From the NCBI RefSeq assembly GCF_006345805.1, contig NC_043019.1, positions 16,057,360 to 16,121,359 of the forward strand: a stretch of 64,000 bases of DNA. The letters run 5' to 3'. Shown here piece by piece: positions 61,423 to 64,000 of this stretch; the stretch's first letter is position 1, and every line of letters begins with the position of its first letter. The position numbers and the translations under genes are program-made. This stretch comes from Octopus sinensis (taxonomy: Eukaryota). The notes beneath the pieces were generated by a model, which saw only the letters and a list, made by a program, of their open reading frames with translations, was not told the DNA's origin and did not search any database.

Positions 61423-64000
61423 ACTCTATATATAAAACTGAATTGCGTTTTTACCGCTTGGATCGCTTTCAATGCCACTACATCCCGTCCGATTCGCTCC
61501 AAAATTTACAGGGACATGTAGAATGAGGTGACGATGCGCGTGGGCTACCTTAGAAATCCCTATCTTAAAAGGTGTGGTTGCTAGGGGCATCTTCCTCACT
61601 CACCCTATTTCCTCCAGTACCCTCTCACTCCTCTTCATTTGACAATGCCACTACGGTTATTTAATGTAAAGTCTTCCTCAAATCACTCTCTCGCTATTTC
61701 CTCTCTTCCAAGAACATTTTCACTCACTCTATCTCTTAGCTTCCCATACATTTTACTCATGTATCTATCTGCGTTCATAGACAGAAACAAATATTACATC
61801 GCCATCGCCATCGCATTCTATTGTCTACCTGTCAACTCACACACACACACACACACATATATACATATATCTAATATTATATTTTTATTTTTATGTTTTT
61901 GTTTTTGGTGTTTTACTGTTTCATTTCCCTATTAGTGGTTTTATCTCTAATTTAATTTCTACAGCGTGCGCGCACACACACACATACCTATATGTGGCCC
62001 CAGTACACCCGAATGAAATCGGGTTCTCTTCATCAAAATGTGAAAAGGGGTCTACAATTATCATCGCCACAACTTATGTATATGTCTTCCTCACTCACTC
62101 ACTCTTTTTCCTAATGATAATTATCATCGCCACCACCACCACCACCAACACACTCATGACAATCTTTCTCTTAAAACAAATCATGTTTACATTGCAAAAT
62201 ATTTCATTTTCCCGTCCTCTCTTTCATATATGTGACCCAGGTTTGGGTGGCCGCACAACTACAATTAGACAACGGCTAAAAACATTCGATGTTGATAATG
62301 CCTGGATCGTTCCATTCAACCCTTTGCTTTCCAAAACATTTAATGTACACATTAATGTTGAGTACTGCAGTTCGGTGAGATGCATACAATACCTCTGCAA
62401 GTACATTAATAAGGGCGATGATATGGCCGTGTTTGTGTTCAGTGATGAAGACCTTAGACATGACGAAATTAAACAATTCGTTTTGGGTAGGTATGTATCC
62501 TCCAATTATGCAGCGTGGCGCATTTTTGGATACGAGATTCATCTCAGCTCACCATCAGTTTTCCACCTGAATGTTCATTTACAGAAGAGACAGCTGGTTT
62601 ACTTCACAGAGAAAAATGCACGTCAAGTCATTGAAAATCCAAAAGGGACTACGCTTACAGCATTTTTAAAATTGTGTTCAGTTGATGAGTTTGCTGCTAC
62701 TCTCATTTACCCTGAAGTACCGGAATATTACACATACAACAACAATAATTGGAAGCGCAGGTCACATGGAACAGAACTTGACAATTGGCCCGATGTTTCT
62801 AGGAAGAACGTCATTGGGCGTGTGTATAATATTCATCCTACCAAACAGGAAATCTTCTTTTTGAGAATGCTACTTCATGTAGTTACTGGACCGAAGTCTT
62901 TTGCTGATCTTCGCACGGTTGATGGTATCATCTGCGCCACTTACAGGGAAGCATGTTTGAGGCACGGACTTCTTCTCAATGACGACCACTTACACAGGAC
63001 ATTAGCAGAGGCCTCAAATTGTAAACTGCTATGGCAAATGCGTTGATTGTTTTGTAACATATTAATCCACTGTAATCCCAGCAACCCTCTTAACCTTTGG
63101 GAATCGTTCAGACAGAGCCTATCAAAGGACATACAGGCTAATTTAGCGCTACGTGATGGCAACGACGATGTTTATAATGAGGCATTAATCGACATGGACA
63201 GACACATCAGACGCTATGTTATACGCGGTTTAAGTGAATTCCATCTGCCAACACCTGTCCATCATGAAGCGCCTTTGGATGTTGAATACATGTCAGAAAA
63301 AAACTACAACATTGCCGAATTGACGGAAACAATTACGCGAGATGAACCAAGACTTTTGCCTGAACAAAGAGAGATTTATAATGAAATTATTGACAGCGTT
63401 AGATTGAACCAAGGAAAGCTTTTCTTTTTGAATGCTCCAGGTGGTACTGGTAAAACTTTCGCTATCAATTTGATTCTCGCAAAGCTGCGCGCTGAACGTC
63501 GAATTGCCATTGCATGTGCCTCAAGTGGTATTGCAGCGACACTGCTTCAAGGCGGCCGTACGGCACATAGTGCATTCAAATTGCCCATGGATATTGGAAA
63601 GAAAGATAATCCTAAATGTAATATAGATCGTAGTTCCTCAAGAGCAATACTTCTTCGTGAATGCAGTCTTTTTATTTGGGATGAGGCTACAATGAGTAAT
63701 AAGGCCATGTTTGAGGCTCTTGACAGAACTCTCCAAGATTTGCGTCACAATACAAAAATAATGGGTGGAACTACGTTTCTCATGGCAGAAGATTTTCGAC
63801 AAACTCTTCCTGTTGTCCGAGTAGGCACTAGAGCCGATGAGGTTAATGCATGTATAAAGCATTCTTATGTGTGGCACAGTGTTATCAATCGCCATCTTCA
63901 AACAAACATGAGAGTCCACCTACATGGTGGTGTGGAGTCTGAGGCTTTCGCAAAACACCTATTAGATCTTGGTGATGGAGTTTTGCCTTTCGTTGATGAT
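61423..64000 (+). mobile_element. Helitron unit 2 (internally deleted autonomous type), running off the window
   Basis: 5' end (A)CTCTATATATAAAACTG directly after the CTAG of unit 1, followed by RepHel coding sequence. Confidence 0.85.
62231..64000 (+). pseudogene. Helitron RepHel (Rep C-terminus and Pif1 helicase) with an in-frame TGA at 63044-63046
   Basis: DNAWIVPFNP..HINVEYC..YLCKYINKG, then after the stop FFLNAPGGTGKTF (Walker A), ASSGIAATLL.GGRTAHS.FKLP, IWDEATM, (A)EDFRQTLPV and NMR. Confidence 0.92.

Noticed and set aside
61994-62230. N-terminal 79 aa of the 350-aa ORF as a novel Helitron fusion domain
   Set aside because: It is the Helitron 5' non-coding region (duplicated at 59560-59830) falling in frame across a deletion junction.

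Overview
AT-rich, repeat-dense eukaryotic (animal) DNA. The SINE families and microsatellite load resemble an octopus/coleoid genome; this is inferred from recall, not from a search. Two host genes are supported. (1) A complete five-exon minus-strand MRI1 (methylthioribose-1-phosphate isomerase, 369 aa; CDS 55262-42454), with canonical GT-AG splice sites and consistent phases. (2) The last two coding exons of a plus-strand PMP22/claudin-like tetraspan gene (11946-12083, 13496-13989). The rest is mobile and repetitive DNA: Helitrons (including a head-to-tail junction and a nested Helitron), Merlin/IS1595-like, piggyBac, mariner and maT-like transposase relics, Gypsy gag, Penelope and LINE fragments, several SINE families, a 6.4-kb 16/17-bp satellite, a telomere-like array and one 100-N gap. 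The most striking structure is a family of 1.9-2.9-kb palindromic (foldback) elements in and around MRI1. Each has its own 8-9-bp target-site duplication and the terminal signature GGTACT-N11-GTGGTCCCGG, and insertions and deletions in one arm are mirrored in the other arm. Most ORFs in the supplied track are artefacts of repeats.
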